Source: Myxococcota bacterium (GTDB lineage Bacteria; Myxococcota_C; UBA6777). Taken from it: DNA of 64,000 nt. Position numbers and translations under genes: made by a program. Position 1 is the first letter of the stretch; each line of letters starts with the position of its first letter. Below, in pieces: positions 39,030-49,800 of the stretch. Below the pieces are notes generated by a model that worked only from the letters and a program-made list of their open reading frames with translations, did not search any database and was not told where the DNA came from. The stretch spans positions 2,411 through 66,410 of the forward strand of contig JAKLKB010000033.1 in NCBI GenBank assembly GCA_023150835.1, given 5' to 3'.

Positions 39030-41201
39030 ATGTTAAGGGAACTGGAAAGCGCGATCGAGCCGATTCGCCAGACCATTTCAGCGTCGGGATGGAAGAAGTT
39101 GCGGGAGGCTTGGGCCTTGTATCGGCGGGTGAGCGAGCGCGCTGTCCAAACGCAACGGCCTGTGGGTGTGGAGATCCCCGATTATGGGGCAGAAGTCTTG
39201 CAGATTGCGGCGCGGATGCACTTGGACGGGGATTCGCTGTGTGCGGCGTTGCTTTCGCGGGTGTATGAGCAGGGCTGGGTGACACAAGAAGAGATCGCGG
39301 GGGAAGTGGGGGAAGAGGCGGGATTTTTGTGCGAGACGATCAAGAGTCTGCCGTTGTTTCGTTTTCCGGGGAGGATGGAAGCGGAACGGATGGGAGAGGC
39401 GTTGGTGGCAGAACAAGCGGAGAGTTTTCGCAAGATGTTGTTTGCGATGGCGCGGGATCTGCGGGTGTTGTTGATTCGGTTGTGTGATCGGCTGCATGGG
39501 TTGAGGGTGCTGGAGTTTTTGCCTGTGGCGCAGCAGAGCCAGATCGCGCACGAATGCCGAGAACTTTACGCGCCGTTGGCGAATCGTTTGGGGATCTCGT
39601 GGTTAAAAAACGAGTTGGAAGACTTGTCGTTGCGTTATCTGCATCCTGTGGCCTTTTATGATCTTGTGGACAAGATCGACGCGACCAAGCGGGAGCGGGA
39701 GCGTTATATCGAAGAAGTGTTGGATATCTTGCGGGAACTGATGGAGAAACATCAGCTACGCTGCGAGGTGTACGGTCGCTCAAAGCATCTCAACAGCATC
39801 TATCGCAAGATGGCGCGGGGAGGGGTGAGCTTTGAACAGCTTTACGATATCCTTGCGTTTCGCGTGCTGTGCGAGACACGCGATCAATGCTACCAGATCC
39901 TTGGAGCGGTGCATGATCGGTGGAAGCCGATACCCGGGCGTTTCAAAGACTACATCGCGATGTCGAAAAACAACGGTTATCAGTCTTTGCATACGACGGT
40001 GTTGGGGCCACGCAACAAAAAGATCGAGATCCAGATCCGCACGCATCACATGCACCAAACCGCCGAAGAAGGGATCGCGGCCCATTGGCTGTACAAAGAA
40101 GGCAGTGATCCACAAGCCCGCGTGGTCGAGCAGTTTCGTTGGTTACGCGAGTTGTTGCGGCTTCAGGACGAAAAAGAAGATGCTTCGGAGCTTTTGGCGA
40201 CAGTTCGGGACAGACTGCACGAAGGGGATGTGTTTGTGTTCACGCCCAACGGTGCGGTGCGTGAACTTCCGCAGGGTTCGACGCCTGTGGACTTTGCGTA
40301 TGCCATCCATACCGAAGTGGGAAATCAGTGTGTGGGGGCCAAAGTCAACGGCAAGATTACGCCGCTGCGAGCCGTCCTATCGACGGGTGATATCGTCGAG
40401 ATCTTAACGCAACCGAACTCGCACCCCAACCGCGACTGGTTGAAGTTTGTGAAGACCAATCGTGCCCGTTCAAAGATCCGCAGCTTTTTGCGTTTGGAGC
40501 AGCGCGAAAAAGCGAGTGTGTTGGGTCGTGAGATGTTGGAAAAAGCCCTACCTGCGGGGCAAAAGTTAGGGAAGCTGTTAAAGAGCGGCGCGATCGAGGC
40601 GCTTTGTTCGGCAGTAGGAGCGGCGACCGCAGAAGAAGTGATCATGAACGTCGGCTACGGAAAGCTCGATGTAAGCGAGGTGATTCGACTGTTGTTTCCG
40701 CCTGAAAAGCCCGAGCCTGTGGTGATCGACGAGGTGGTCAAGCGTCCCTCCGAGAACAAGGGCAAGAGTACCATTTTGGTGGGAGGGATGCGGGATATCT
40801 TGGTGCGTTTTGCAGGATGTTGTAAGCCGATTCCGGGAGATCCGATCGTGGGGTTTATCTCGCGTGGGCGGGGAGCCGTGATCCACAGCGCGGATTGTGC
40901 GAAGGTGCAAAGCAGCGATCCTGCGCGGTGTATCGACGTGCAGTGGGATGTGGCTCCAAAGGGCGCACACTCGGTGCTTTTGCGTGTGATCGCCGACAAT
41001 CGGTCGGGGCTGCTGACGCAGATGACCAAGGCTTTTTCGGATCTCAGCATCAACATCTCCGCCGCACGATGCACCACCGTAGACAACCAAGCCGTCAACA
41101 CCTTTGAGTGCCAAGTCCGTGACCTTGAACAGCTTCATCATCTGGTGCAAAAGTTGGGTCGAGTCAAAGGCGTGACCGAAGTCAAGCGCGTCCGAGACTA
41201 G
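39030..41201 (+). CDS. RelA/SpoT-family (p)ppGpp synthetase/hydrolase (HD, synthetase, TGS, ACT domains).
   Basis: Synthetase motif 'RSKHLNSIYRKM…DILAFRVL…YQSLHTTV'. HD domain. 'TPNGAVRELPQGSTPVDFAYAIHTEVG' TGS. ATG 39030 with 'ggaaggaagag' upstream. Confidence 0.9.
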   Translation: MLRELESAIEPIRQTISASGWKKLREAWALYRRVSERAVQTQRPVGVEIPDYGAEVLQIAARMHLDGDSLCAALLSRVYEQGWVTQEEIAGEVGEEAGFLCETIKSLPLFRFPGRMEAERMGEALVAEQAESFRKMLFAMARDLRVLLIRLCDRLHGLRVLEFLPVAQQSQIAHECRELYAPLANRLGISWLKNELEDLSLRYLHPVAFYDLVDKIDATKRERERYIEEVLDILRELMEKHQLRCEVYGRSKHLNSIYRKMARGGVSFEQLYDILAFRVLCETRDQCYQILGAVHDRWKPIPGRFKDYIAMSKNNGYQSLHTTVLGPRNKKIEIQIRTHHMHQTAEEGIAAHWLYKEGSDPQARVVEQFRWLRELLRLQDEKEDASELLATVRDRLHEGDVFVFTPNGAVRELPQGSTPVDFAYAIHTEVGNQCVGAKVNGKITPLRAVLSTGDIVEILTQPNSHPNRDWLKFVKTNRARSKIRSFLRLEQREKASVLGREMLEKALPAGQKLGKLLKSGAIEALCSAVGAATAEEVIMNVGYGKLDVSEVIRLLFPPEKPEPVVIDEVVKRPSENKGKSTILVGGMRDILVRFAGCCKPIPGDPIVGFISRGRGAVIHSADCAKVQSSDPARCIDVQWDVAPKGAHSVLLRVIADNRSGLLTQMTKAFSDLSINISAARCTTVDNQAVNTFECQVRDLEQLHHLVQKLGRVKGVTEVKRVRD

Positions 41202-41207
41202 GCGAGA

Positions 41208-42260
41208 CTAGAGCCCGTTGGATTGGGCGACGGGGAGTGTTTCGGCGATGGGGAGAAAGCGGTGGGTGTGTTGGATGGTGAGGAAGGCGTCTTTGAGGCG
41301 TTGAATTTTGCGAGTGAGAGAGAGGCGGAGATCGGGTTGGTGAGGCAAAAGGGCGGAGGCTCCGGGATCATTGTAGGCATCGAAAAAGTCGAGAGCATGG
41401 AGTTCGAGGTTCAAGAAGGGAGATTGTCGGAGGGCGAGGTGGAGCATGGTTTGGACGAGCGGGGCGGGGTAGAGCAAGAGGGAGGTTCCGATCAGGGGGA
41501 GTTGGAGTCCGGGGACGACGGCGATGGGAAGCTGCCAGATATCGGAGTGAACGGGGGCTTTGTGGGGAGTGTGTGGGTCGTCGCTGGGCTGGTAGGGATG
41601 GTGTGGTGCGAGGAGAACCTTGGGGGAGCCGAGGAGTGCGCGGCTTGGGCGGCCACGTAGCTGCATGAGGGCCATGATGGTGGCTTTTGCGAGATAATAG
41701 GGTGCGCAAGGAAAGACGGACGAATCGTAGCGATAACCGCGTTTTCGGAGGATGTGAAGCAGGTAGGGGTGGGTATTGTAGCCGGGACTGCGAAAGCCAA
41801 CGATGCGCTGTCCGGCCCGAAGGAAGGGCTGGAGTGTAGATTCGGCTTGAGCGATCTCGTCTTCCATCTCTTCGGGGGAAAGGACGGTGAGACGGTAGGG
41901 ATGGTGTTGGGTGTGGTTGGCGATCTCGTGCCCTTCTTCGACGAGTTGTTGAAGGATGGCGCGATGTGCGGGGACATGGGCATCTTCGCCGATCAAGAAG
42001 AAGGTGCCACGGATGCCGAGTTGTCGAAACAATTGGAGGATGCGGGGCATCGCGTGAGTGTAGATCGCGTCGGTTTGGTCGGCAGATGGGGCGGGAAGTC
42101 CGTGTATGTCGTGGTAAAAGCGCAGCGTATCGACATCCACACTCACAGAACAAAGGGGCTGGGCGGTCACACACCACCTCCATACAGCAAGAGAGCAAAG
42201 AGCGCACAACAGGATGCCTTTGCTGCCTAGAACGGATAGGGTCAAACACCACATCCACAC
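41208..42260 (-). CDS. Polysaccharide deacetylase (NodB-homology) family protein.
   Basis: 'DVDTLRFY…GIRGTFFLIGEDA…EGHEIANHTQHH' NodB motifs. N-terminal hydrophobic segment. Confidence 0.75.
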   Translation of the reverse strand: MWMWCLTLSVLGSKGILLCALCSLAVWRWCVTAQPLCSVSVDVDTLRFYHDIHGLPAPSADQTDAIYTHAMPRILQLFRQLGIRGTFFLIGEDAHVPAHRAILQQLVEEGHEIANHTQHHPYRLTVLSPEEMEDEIAQAESTLQPFLRAGQRIVGFRSPGYNTHPYLLHILRKRGYRYDSSVFPCAPYYLAKATIMALMQLRGRPSRALLGSPKVLLAPHHPYQPSDDPHTPHKAPVHSDIWQLPIAVVPGLQLPLIGTSLLLYPAPLVQTMLHLALRQSPFLNLELHALDFFDAYNDPGASALLPHQPDLRLSLTRKIQRLKDAFLTIQHTHRFLPIAETLPVAQSNGL

Positions 42261-42452
42261 AAAGAGAAAGGGTGTTGCTTTGCGCGTCGGGGGGGTGTGG
42301 TAGCGCGAAGCGTGCGTGCCGTCAAGGGCGGAGGAACGGTCGCGAAGTGAGGGGGCTATTGTTTTTGAAGTAGGCTTCGGTCTAAGATGCGGCGCAGAGG
42401 CAAGCGAAGTCAGTTGTTTTTGTCGAGTGGAAGGGAGCTATCGCAGATCGGG

Positions 42453-45400
42453 ATGAAGAACGTGGACGTGGTGATCGCAGGTCGTTACCGTTGTGCGCGG
42501 CTGATAGGTCGGGGTGGCTTTGCCGAAGTGTACCTTGCCGAAGATCTGCGCCTTGCGAATCGCCGCGTTGCGCTGAAAGTGTTGGTGGAACACGTTGCGG
42601 ATGATCCCGATCGCCTTCAAAAATTTCGCCAAGAAGCCGAGATTATCGGCCATTTGACCAGCCCTTATACGGTGCGGGCTTTCGATTATGGCTACGATGA
42701 GCAAGGGCGTTATTACATCGCGATGGAGTTTGTGCAGGGGGAAACCTTGCACGAGTTGCTAAAGCGGCAGGAGCGGCTTTCGATCGATCGGGCGTTGGAG
42801 GTGGCGATCCAGATATTGGACGCCCTCGAAGAAGCCCATCAGATGGGGATTATCCATCGGGATCTCAAGCCAAAGAACATCATGATCAGCCCGCAGCGCC
42901 AAGGCGATATGGTCAAGGTGCTGGACTTTGGCGTTGCGCGGATCTTGCGACAAGCAGAAGAACAAGACGAGTGGACATTGGTGGGGACGGCGACGTACAT
43001 GGCCCCCGAACAAGCGCAAGGTCTGCCGGTTTCTCCTGCGAGTGATCTGTACTCTGTGGGGGTGGTCCTTTATCACATGTTGGCGGGAAGACCGCCGTTT
43101 TTGTCACAAGAAGACCCTGTTGCGGTGATGATCCATCACGCAACCAAGCCTGTGGTCTCGTTGCGCGAGTTACGCCCAGAGCTTCAGATCCCCGAAGATG
43201 TCGAACAGGCCGTATTGAAGGCGTTGGAGAAACAACCTCAGTACCGCTACCAACAGGCGGGCGCTTTTCGTCGGGCGTTGGAGCGCGCTTTGGCACGCTA
43301 TCTTGAAGCTCATTATGGCGAACCAGAGGGCGATAGCACGCTGAGTACATCGATCACGCTCAAGGATGTCGAAGAAAAGCTCCGTGCCCAAGAGGCCGAC
43401 GCCCAAGCCTCAAGGGCACCTGCTCGCGAACGTGGCGTGATGCCTTCCACTTTGCAAAGCGGAGAGATCCGCGCCCAAGCTGCTTTGCTCGACGATCTGC
43501 ACCGTGTCAACGCTTCTCATACATCGCAAGATCCGATGGCTTCGACTCTCGAAGGCTCTTTCGCGCAAGAAATCGCTTCCCAACACGCCTCGGCGCAAGG
43601 CCCCCAAGCGACACCCTTTGCAGGGGCCGAGTACATCGAGCAGGAAGAAGATGAGGATCAATCCACACAGCGGTTGTCAGGTATCCAAGCCGCTCCCGAA
43701 AAGACAGCGGTACGAAAAACACCGACAGATCGGCCTCGACAGATTACCGATTATGATCTCTTGACGCCGGACTTCCCCGCGATCGAAGAGATCAAAGTCA
43801 ACGAGCAAGGAGCAGGGACGCGCTCGGGGTATTATGCAGCGTCGGGTGATGCTCTGCCTGCGGCAAAGCCGCCTGTGCGCGTTTCTGCGGAAAAAGCGAA
43901 AACTTCACCACGTCAAATGGCGGTGTCGGATCTTCGGGGGCCCTCCCCGAAAGGTGGAGAGTACAGCGACGAAGACGGCGACGAGACGTCGCTGAGTTTG
44001 CAGGATGTGGCGGCGCGTGCGTTGGCCGCCAAGGCCCGCAGCGGAAAGACCACAACAACTCGGGCTGCTTGGTCCGAAGAACAGATCGGCGTCGAAGAAC
44101 GCGATGAGATGACCTTTTCCGAAGAAGACAGCGAGCTTCTCGAAGAAGTCGAAGAGTTGGATGAACACGGCGAAGATGCAACGCTCAAGCCCGGGATGTC
44201 TTCGGAAGAGTTGATCTACGGCTCCAAAGGGGCCGAGATGCGGGATTCTTCGCTGCCAACAGATCGCTCCGATGCTTTTCAATCGGCTCCTGCTTCGGTT
44301 TGGGGGACTGGCGAAGAAGAAGGCTCGACCCAAGTTGGACCCTCTGTGATGGATATCGCGGAGGCTCCGATCTCCCAGACGTATCCGAACTCACAACATC
44401 CTCCGCTCTACGCAGCCCAACACAACGCAGCCCCAGCAGCGGGGCCTACCCAAAACAACGCGATGTCAGGGGCCTTTTCACCACAAAACAACGCGATGTC
44501 TGGAGCCTTTTCGCCGCAAAACAATGCGATGTCAGGGGCCTTTTCACCGCAAAACAATGCGATGTCAGGGGCCTTTTCACCACAAAACAACGCGATGTCA
44601 GGGGCCTTTTCACCACAAAACGGTCCAGCTTCGGGGATGTATGGAACGCCGCCAAAGCAGATGTCCGGGGCGTTTTCTGCCCAAGGTTCGACAAAGCCGA
44701 CGAGCATACCGCCCGCCTTTGGAGAGCATCGATCAGGCGATCAGATCCGCACGATGGCCCCGTCAGGCCCCTCGGCTGCGCAACCGTCGCCCTCAGCGAT
44801 CTTTCAGCCGATCCCCTCCAAAACGTCGGCTCCACCGATGTATGTGAGCAACGGGGCTGTGATGGGTGGTGCCGCAGCTTCGCCTCCCCCGTCGCCGCCG
44901 CCGATCTATCCTGTCCAGCCCACGACAGCGGGGTATCCGCCGCAAGAGCCGACAAATCCTCTTGCACCGCTTCCTGACACGCGGATGTTGCCCATGAACG
45001 AAGTTTCGCCACCTCGGATGCCCAAGGCGGCTTCGCCTGTCCAATCGCTGCTGTCGACGGGTGGCGAGTCTTTGCGCGGGGGGCGCAGCGAAAATGCGTC
45101 GACGATGGAACTCAAAACGGCGTTGATGAAACGTCGATGGTTTGGCTTGATCGGTGCGGTGGTATTTTTGGGGGGGCTGGCGATCTTTTTGATCAGTGTT
45201 GGCGGCGAATCCCAAAAAGATATCGAGAAACGGCAGGCCCAACAGCTTCAAGCCGAGTATATGCGCTCTTTGCAAGAAGGGGATCGGGCGGTGGCGACGG
45301 GCCGTTATCGCGATGCGTTGTCTTCTTACAAGACGGCCTTATTGCACAAAGCCGAGGATCCTGTTGCCACACAACGAATGCAGCAAGTGGTGGTGGACTT

Positions 45401-45704
45401 GGAAGCGATGAACGCTTTGCGGATCGCCCAAAGCTGGCAAAAGCGAAAAAATTATGCGATGGCCCACCACGTCTTGCAAAAGATCCCTCAGAAAAGCTCG
45501 CTTTGGGAAGAGCGCAACAAAGCAATGAATGATCTTGTGCCGATGTATTCGGCCTCTTTGCGTGCGGATATCTTGATCGCACAGCGCCGCCGCCAATGGA
45601 GAGAGGCTTCGCGTGTGTGTGTGCAACTTCAACAGATCGCTCCCCAAGATCGGTTTTTGAATCGATGCCGTCGGGTATGGCGGAGCTATCCGCCCCCACG
45701 TTAG
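42453..45704 (+). CDS. Ser/Thr protein kinase with a long disordered linker ('NNAMSGAFSPQ' x5), a TM helix and a C-terminal TPR-like extracytoplasmic domain.
   Basis: 'IGRGGFAEVY', 'ALKVL', 'HRDLKPKNIM', 'DFGVAR', 'APE'. TM 'WFGLIGAVVFLGGLAIFLISV'. ATG at 42453 chosen. Confidence 0.8.
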   Translation: MKNVDVVIAGRYRCARLIGRGGFAEVYLAEDLRLANRRVALKVLVEHVADDPDRLQKFRQEAEIIGHLTSPYTVRAFDYGYDEQGRYYIAMEFVQGETLHELLKRQERLSIDRALEVAIQILDALEEAHQMGIIHRDLKPKNIMISPQRQGDMVKVLDFGVARILRQAEEQDEWTLVGTATYMAPEQAQGLPVSPASDLYSVGVVLYHMLAGRPPFLSQEDPVAVMIHHATKPVVSLRELRPELQIPEDVEQAVLKALEKQPQYRYQQAGAFRRALERALARYLEAHYGEPEGDSTLSTSITLKDVEEKLRAQEADAQASRAPARERGVMPSTLQSGEIRAQAALLDDLHRVNASHTSQDPMASTLEGSFAQEIASQHASAQGPQATPFAGAEYIEQEEDEDQSTQRLSGIQAAPEKTAVRKTPTDRPRQITDYDLLTPDFPAIEEIKVNEQGAGTRSGYYAASGDALPAAKPPVRVSAEKAKTSPRQMAVSDLRGPSPKGGEYSDEDGDETSLSLQDVAARALAAKARSGKTTTTRAAWSEEQIGVEERDEMTFSEEDSELLEEVEELDEHGEDATLKPGMSSEELIYGSKGAEMRDSSLPTDRSDAFQSAPASVWGTGEEEGSTQVGPSVMDIAEAPISQTYPNSQHPPLYAAQHNAAPAAGPTQNNAMSGAFSPQNNAMSGAFSPQNNAMSGAFSPQNNAMSGAFSPQNNAMSGAFSPQNGPASGMYGTPPKQMSGAFSAQGSTKPTSIPPAFGEHRSGDQIRTMAPSGPSAAQPSPSAIFQPIPSKTSAPPMYVSNGAVMGGAAASPPPSPPPIYPVQPTTAGYPPQEPTNPLAPLPDTRMLPMNEVSPPRMPKAASPVQSLLSTGGESLRGGRSENASTMELKTALMKRRWFGLIGAVVFLGGLAIFLISVGGESQKDIEKRQAQQLQAEYMRSLQEGDRAVATGRYRDALSSYKTALLHKAEDPVATQRMQQVVVDLEAMNALRIAQSWQKRKNYAMAHHVLQKIPQKSSLWEERNKAMNDLVPMYSASLRADILIAQRRRQWREASRVCVQLQQIAPQDRFLNRCRRVWRSYPPPR

Positions 45705-45719
45705 GGGGAGATGAGGACG

Positions 45720-45845
45720 TAGAGGGGGGGAGGAGGATGTAGCGGGGGGAGGAGGATGTAGCGGGGGGAGGAGGATGTAGCGGGGGGAGGAGGATGTAGC
45801 GGGGGGCTAGGCTGCGTCAGCGATCGGCTGCGTCAGCGATCGGCT
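45720..45845. repeat. G-rich 19-bp tandem repeat ('gtagcggggggaggaggat', ~4.5 copies) followed by a 16-bp x2 repeat ('ggctgcgtcagcgatc').
   Basis: Period 19 between 'gtagc' anchors at 45739, 45758, 45777 and 45796. Sits in the convergent gap between the kinase and psd. Confidence 0.75.
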
Positions 45846-46665
45846 GCCCAAGGCGGATGGCGTCGCCGAGCCGAAGGGGGCGGAGTCGGATGTGGGGTTC
45901 GAACAGCAAAACCACGGTGGAACCGAGTTCAAAAACAGCCAATTCTCCGCCACGCTCGATGGATGGGGGGGTGGCAAAGGTGTGCGTGTGAGCGTGCGGA
46001 CTCGCCCATCGGTTGGAGGTAAAGTCGTGGTAGTAGAGGTGCATTCTACCAACGTTGGTGGCGCCGACTTTGACGAGGGCGACGTGTCCGAGTTGGGGAT
46101 GGTGAAGGTAAGAAGTGAGGCGCTCGTTTTCCACGAACAGGCGGGGGAAAAAAGCTACGCTTGGTGGGTTGACGGGAAGCAAGCGCCCGGGGATGTAGCG
46201 GTAGGCTTGGACAGTCGCCTGCAAGGGCGTGTGGATGCGGTGATAATCTTTGGGGCTGAGGTAGATCGTCAGAAATGACCCGCCCCGAAAGCGCTGTGCG
46301 GCGTCAGGGTCGTCAAGAAATTCTTCGAGGCTGTAGGAGATACCTTTGGCTTGGATGGCTTGTGTTCCATCCAAAGGGCCGTGCATGGCGATGGCTCCGT
46401 CGACAGGAGAGATCAAGGTGTTGGGATCGGGATCGAGGGGACGCAGCCCGGGTTTGAGGCGGCGAGTAAAGAAATCGTTGAAGCAAGCGTAGTGTTCGAG
46501 GGGGTGTTCGGCTTCATCGAGGTTGACACCGTAGCGGCGGGCATACCAGCGCAAAAAGGGGTGCATGAAAAAACGCGGCCATCGTGTGCGAGCAAAGTGT
46601 CCGACCAGTCGGCTGATCAGACGGGTGGGGGCAACGGATAGCAAGTGAAGCATGAGGCTCAACAT
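45817..46665 (-). CDS. psd: Phosphatidylserine decarboxylase proenzyme.
   Basis: 'RWPRFFMHPFLRWYARRYGVNLDEAE…FNDFFTRRLKPGLRP…LSPKDYHRIHTPL…KVGATNVGRMHL' PSD family. Confidence 0.85.
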   Translation of the reverse strand: MLSLMLHLLSVAPTRLISRLVGHFARTRWPRFFMHPFLRWYARRYGVNLDEAEHPLEHYACFNDFFTRRLKPGLRPLDPDPNTLISPVDGAIAMHGPLDGTQAIQAKGISYSLEEFLDDPDAAQRFRGGSFLTIYLSPKDYHRIHTPLQATVQAYRYIPGRLLPVNPPSVAFFPRLFVENERLTSYLHHPQLGHVALVKVGATNVGRMHLYYHDFTSNRWASPHAHTHTFATPPSIERGGELAVFELGSTVVLLFEPHIRLRPLRLGDAIRLGQPIADAADR

Positions 46666-46857
46666 CGATCAGGATCTCCCATCGTTGGAAGTACGCGCAA
46701 AGAAAGCGATTTGGCGTCGCCAAACTGGTGGGTAGGGTGCAAGATGTCAAGGCCGCAAAACGGCACCGCTCAAGGATGTCTTGCCTTTTCGAGTACTCTC
46801 CGTCACAATGCCGTTCTGTTTGGGATGTTCCACGACGCGAGACAGAGGGAAAAAAGA

Positions 46858-49800
46858 ATGTTCTGGCCACTCACGGAACGCGCATCGAAGGGAAAACCAG
46901 AGTTTGGGCGTATGCCTTGGTTCACCATCGGCTTGATGACAACGTTGTTTTTGGTGTTTGTGTGGACGCGCATCGGGCTGTCTGCGGCAGATCAACGCGT
47001 CGAACAAGCGCGAGAAGCGCTGTCTTGTTATTATTTAACGCACGATTATACACGCATCCCGCCGAAACATCGGGATCTTTTTTCGTCGCGTGTGCTGGCG
47101 CATGCGCGGCGTGCCGAACTCGCGGTGCAGGCTTATTTGACCGACGAACTTGTCCAAAAGAAGGCCCAATCGCTCTTGGGGGGGGGTGAAGAGGGAACGG
47201 ACGAGTGGCGGCAAGAGATGGCTGCCCGCCCCAAAGGGCAGTCTTGCCTTGCGTATGCTTTGCGCCGACGGTTTTTGTCGCGCTCCCCCAATGCGCGGGT
47301 GTATGTGTCGATGGCGCGATTGTACCAAGCGTCTGCACGCAAATACCAAGAAGAACAAGACCAGCTTGTCGCGCATATCCAGCGCATCTTGGACGCCGAA
47401 CAGGCCCATCCTTTGGCGGGATGGGGAGTGCGACCTGCCGTCAACGGGGCAGAAACGATCTTGACGGCTCCTTGGATCCAGCCAAATGTGTTCTCGTTGT
47501 TGTGGTTGTTGTTGTTGCTGTGGCCGATCGGAAAGATGCTCGAAGATCAGTGGCGTTTTCCGATCTGGGGGGCTTGGTGGCTCGCTTCTGCGCTGCTGTG
47601 CAACGGCGTGTTGTGGGTGGTGTTGTCGAGCAGCAAAAGCTTGATCTTGGGGGCGCATGGTGCATTTGCAGGGGTGTTTGCGCTGTGGACGATCGTCTAT
47701 GGCGTAGAGACGGTTCGATGGGCCGTTTGGCTGCCCAAACAGCCCGAACCTCGGGTGTTTGCATTCCAAGGATATTACCTGATCGTGGCGTGGTTTGTGT
47801 TGCAACTTTTCGATACGCTGTTGTTGCAGCGCGCCTCTCCGATCGTTTTTCTGATCCATGTCCTGAGCTTCGGCTTGTTTGCAGGAGCGACTTATTTCTT
47901 GCAACAACAGCGCTGGTTAGAAGTGGTGTTGGGCGAGCCGGTGGCTCCGACCGAAACAGAGATCGCTCAACAAACATGGCGCACCGATGGGCAGATCAAG
48001 CAGATCCAAGAGCAGCACCGTCAAAAACAACTCAAACATGCAGAAGCCTTGGAGCGCAGCAGCCGTTGGAAAGAAGCTGCGCAGATCTACAAAGAACTGA
48101 TGCAGATGGGCCAACCCTCGCTCGAATTGATGTCTTTCTTTATCAGCACCCGTGAAAAGTCTGGTGATCCCGCTTCGATCGAAGAATACTTACAAGCTAC
48201 GCGCTTGGCGTTGTTTGAGCAAAAGCACGCCCAGATGAAGGATCTGTATCTGCGTATGTGTGCAGCCCACGATATCAAACAGCTTTCGCAACGCGAACAT
48301 GTCGCCCTTGCCGGTGAACTCAAGCGCGCAGGATGGCTGCTTGAAGCTGCCGAAGAGGCCGATGCTGCGTCGGAAAAAGGGCAAGACTCCCCGTTGTTTA
48401 TGAAAGCGCTGATCATCCGAGCGGAGTCTCTGCTCGAATACGGCGAAGATCCCGAAGCCGCCATGCGTGTGTTTTATCAAGCCAAAAACTTTTTGCCTTC
48501 CTACCCCGACTTTGAAGAAGCGGTGGTGAAAGGTATGCAAAAAGCACAAGCCGCCGTCGACGCCGAACAGATGGGGCCGCCTGTCTTACCAGCTTCCGAG
48601 CTAGAAGCCGCAACTCCCGCCTTTGGAAGCACCTCGACAGGTCTCAACGCCATCTCGGGAACTTCCGCAGGTCTCAACGCCATCTCGGGAACTTCCGCAG
48701 GTCTCAACGCCATCTCGGGAACTTCCGCAGGTCTCAACACGCTGCGGATGCAAGGACTACCTCGTTCGGCGGCCAAAGTGCCGGTCGCAACAGCCAAAAC
48801 ATCATCCTCCACCGCCAAAGCCCCCCCAAGCACGACGCCCATTCCCCAAGGCCCACCCGGAGCCATCCCCCAAGGCCCACCCGGAGCCGTCCCCCGCCGA
48901 GCGGATGCTGGCCTTCCGTCTGACTACGTCCAGCCTCCCCCCGGACTTGACGGCGAAGAAGCCTTGTTTGGTCGAAGCTTTGATGATCCCTACAAAGAAC
49001 TCAACGAAGCCCCTGCCTCGGGTGCTTCGTGGGAAGAGATCCCAAGCCTTTTGCTTGCTCGTGCTTCGGAGTATGCTGGAAAGTCTGGCTTCGTCAAAGA
49101 AGATGACGCGAAACTTGAACAAGCTGCCGAAGCCCTCAAAGAAAAAGTCGATAACCTCAAAAAAGTTGATGAAGCGTGGCTTTCCGATGACGCAAAGCCC
49201 TCCCCAAATAAAGTCTTTTTTGGTGGTGCCGCCGCAGATCCCAAACGAAACCCCTCGTCAGGTGCCTTTTCCCTTGTCCCCAAACCACCCGTGTCGCCGC
49301 TCGCTTCTTCTTCTGCATCCGTGCCTCCTCGACCCGCTCCTGCCGTCTCATCTACCACTCCTGCCGTCTTATCTACCGCTCCTGCCGTCTTATCTACCAC
49401 TCCTGCCGTTTTATCTACCGCTCCTGCCGTTTTATCTACCGCTCCTGCCGTCTCATCCCCCGCTCCTGCCGTCTTATCCCCCGCTCCTGCCGTCTTATCT
49501 ACCACTACTGCCGTCTCATCCCCCGCTCCTGCCGTGTTTACAGCTACACCACACGCAAAAAGCCCCTCAACATCCCCCAAAAAATCCGAGGGATGGGACT
49601 CTTGGAGCGACGACGCCTTGCCTGCTTCTGAACCTGTCGCTCCTGTGCAGCCCACGCCGCAAGCCGCTCCAAAAGCATCGAATTTCTTTTCAACCGAACT
49701 TTTTTCTCAAGACGCCATCCCTTCGGCGACATCGCTTCCGCCGTTGACCTTTGAAGAACCTTCTTTTGTCTCGTATCCACCGATGCAAGGTGAAGTCTTG

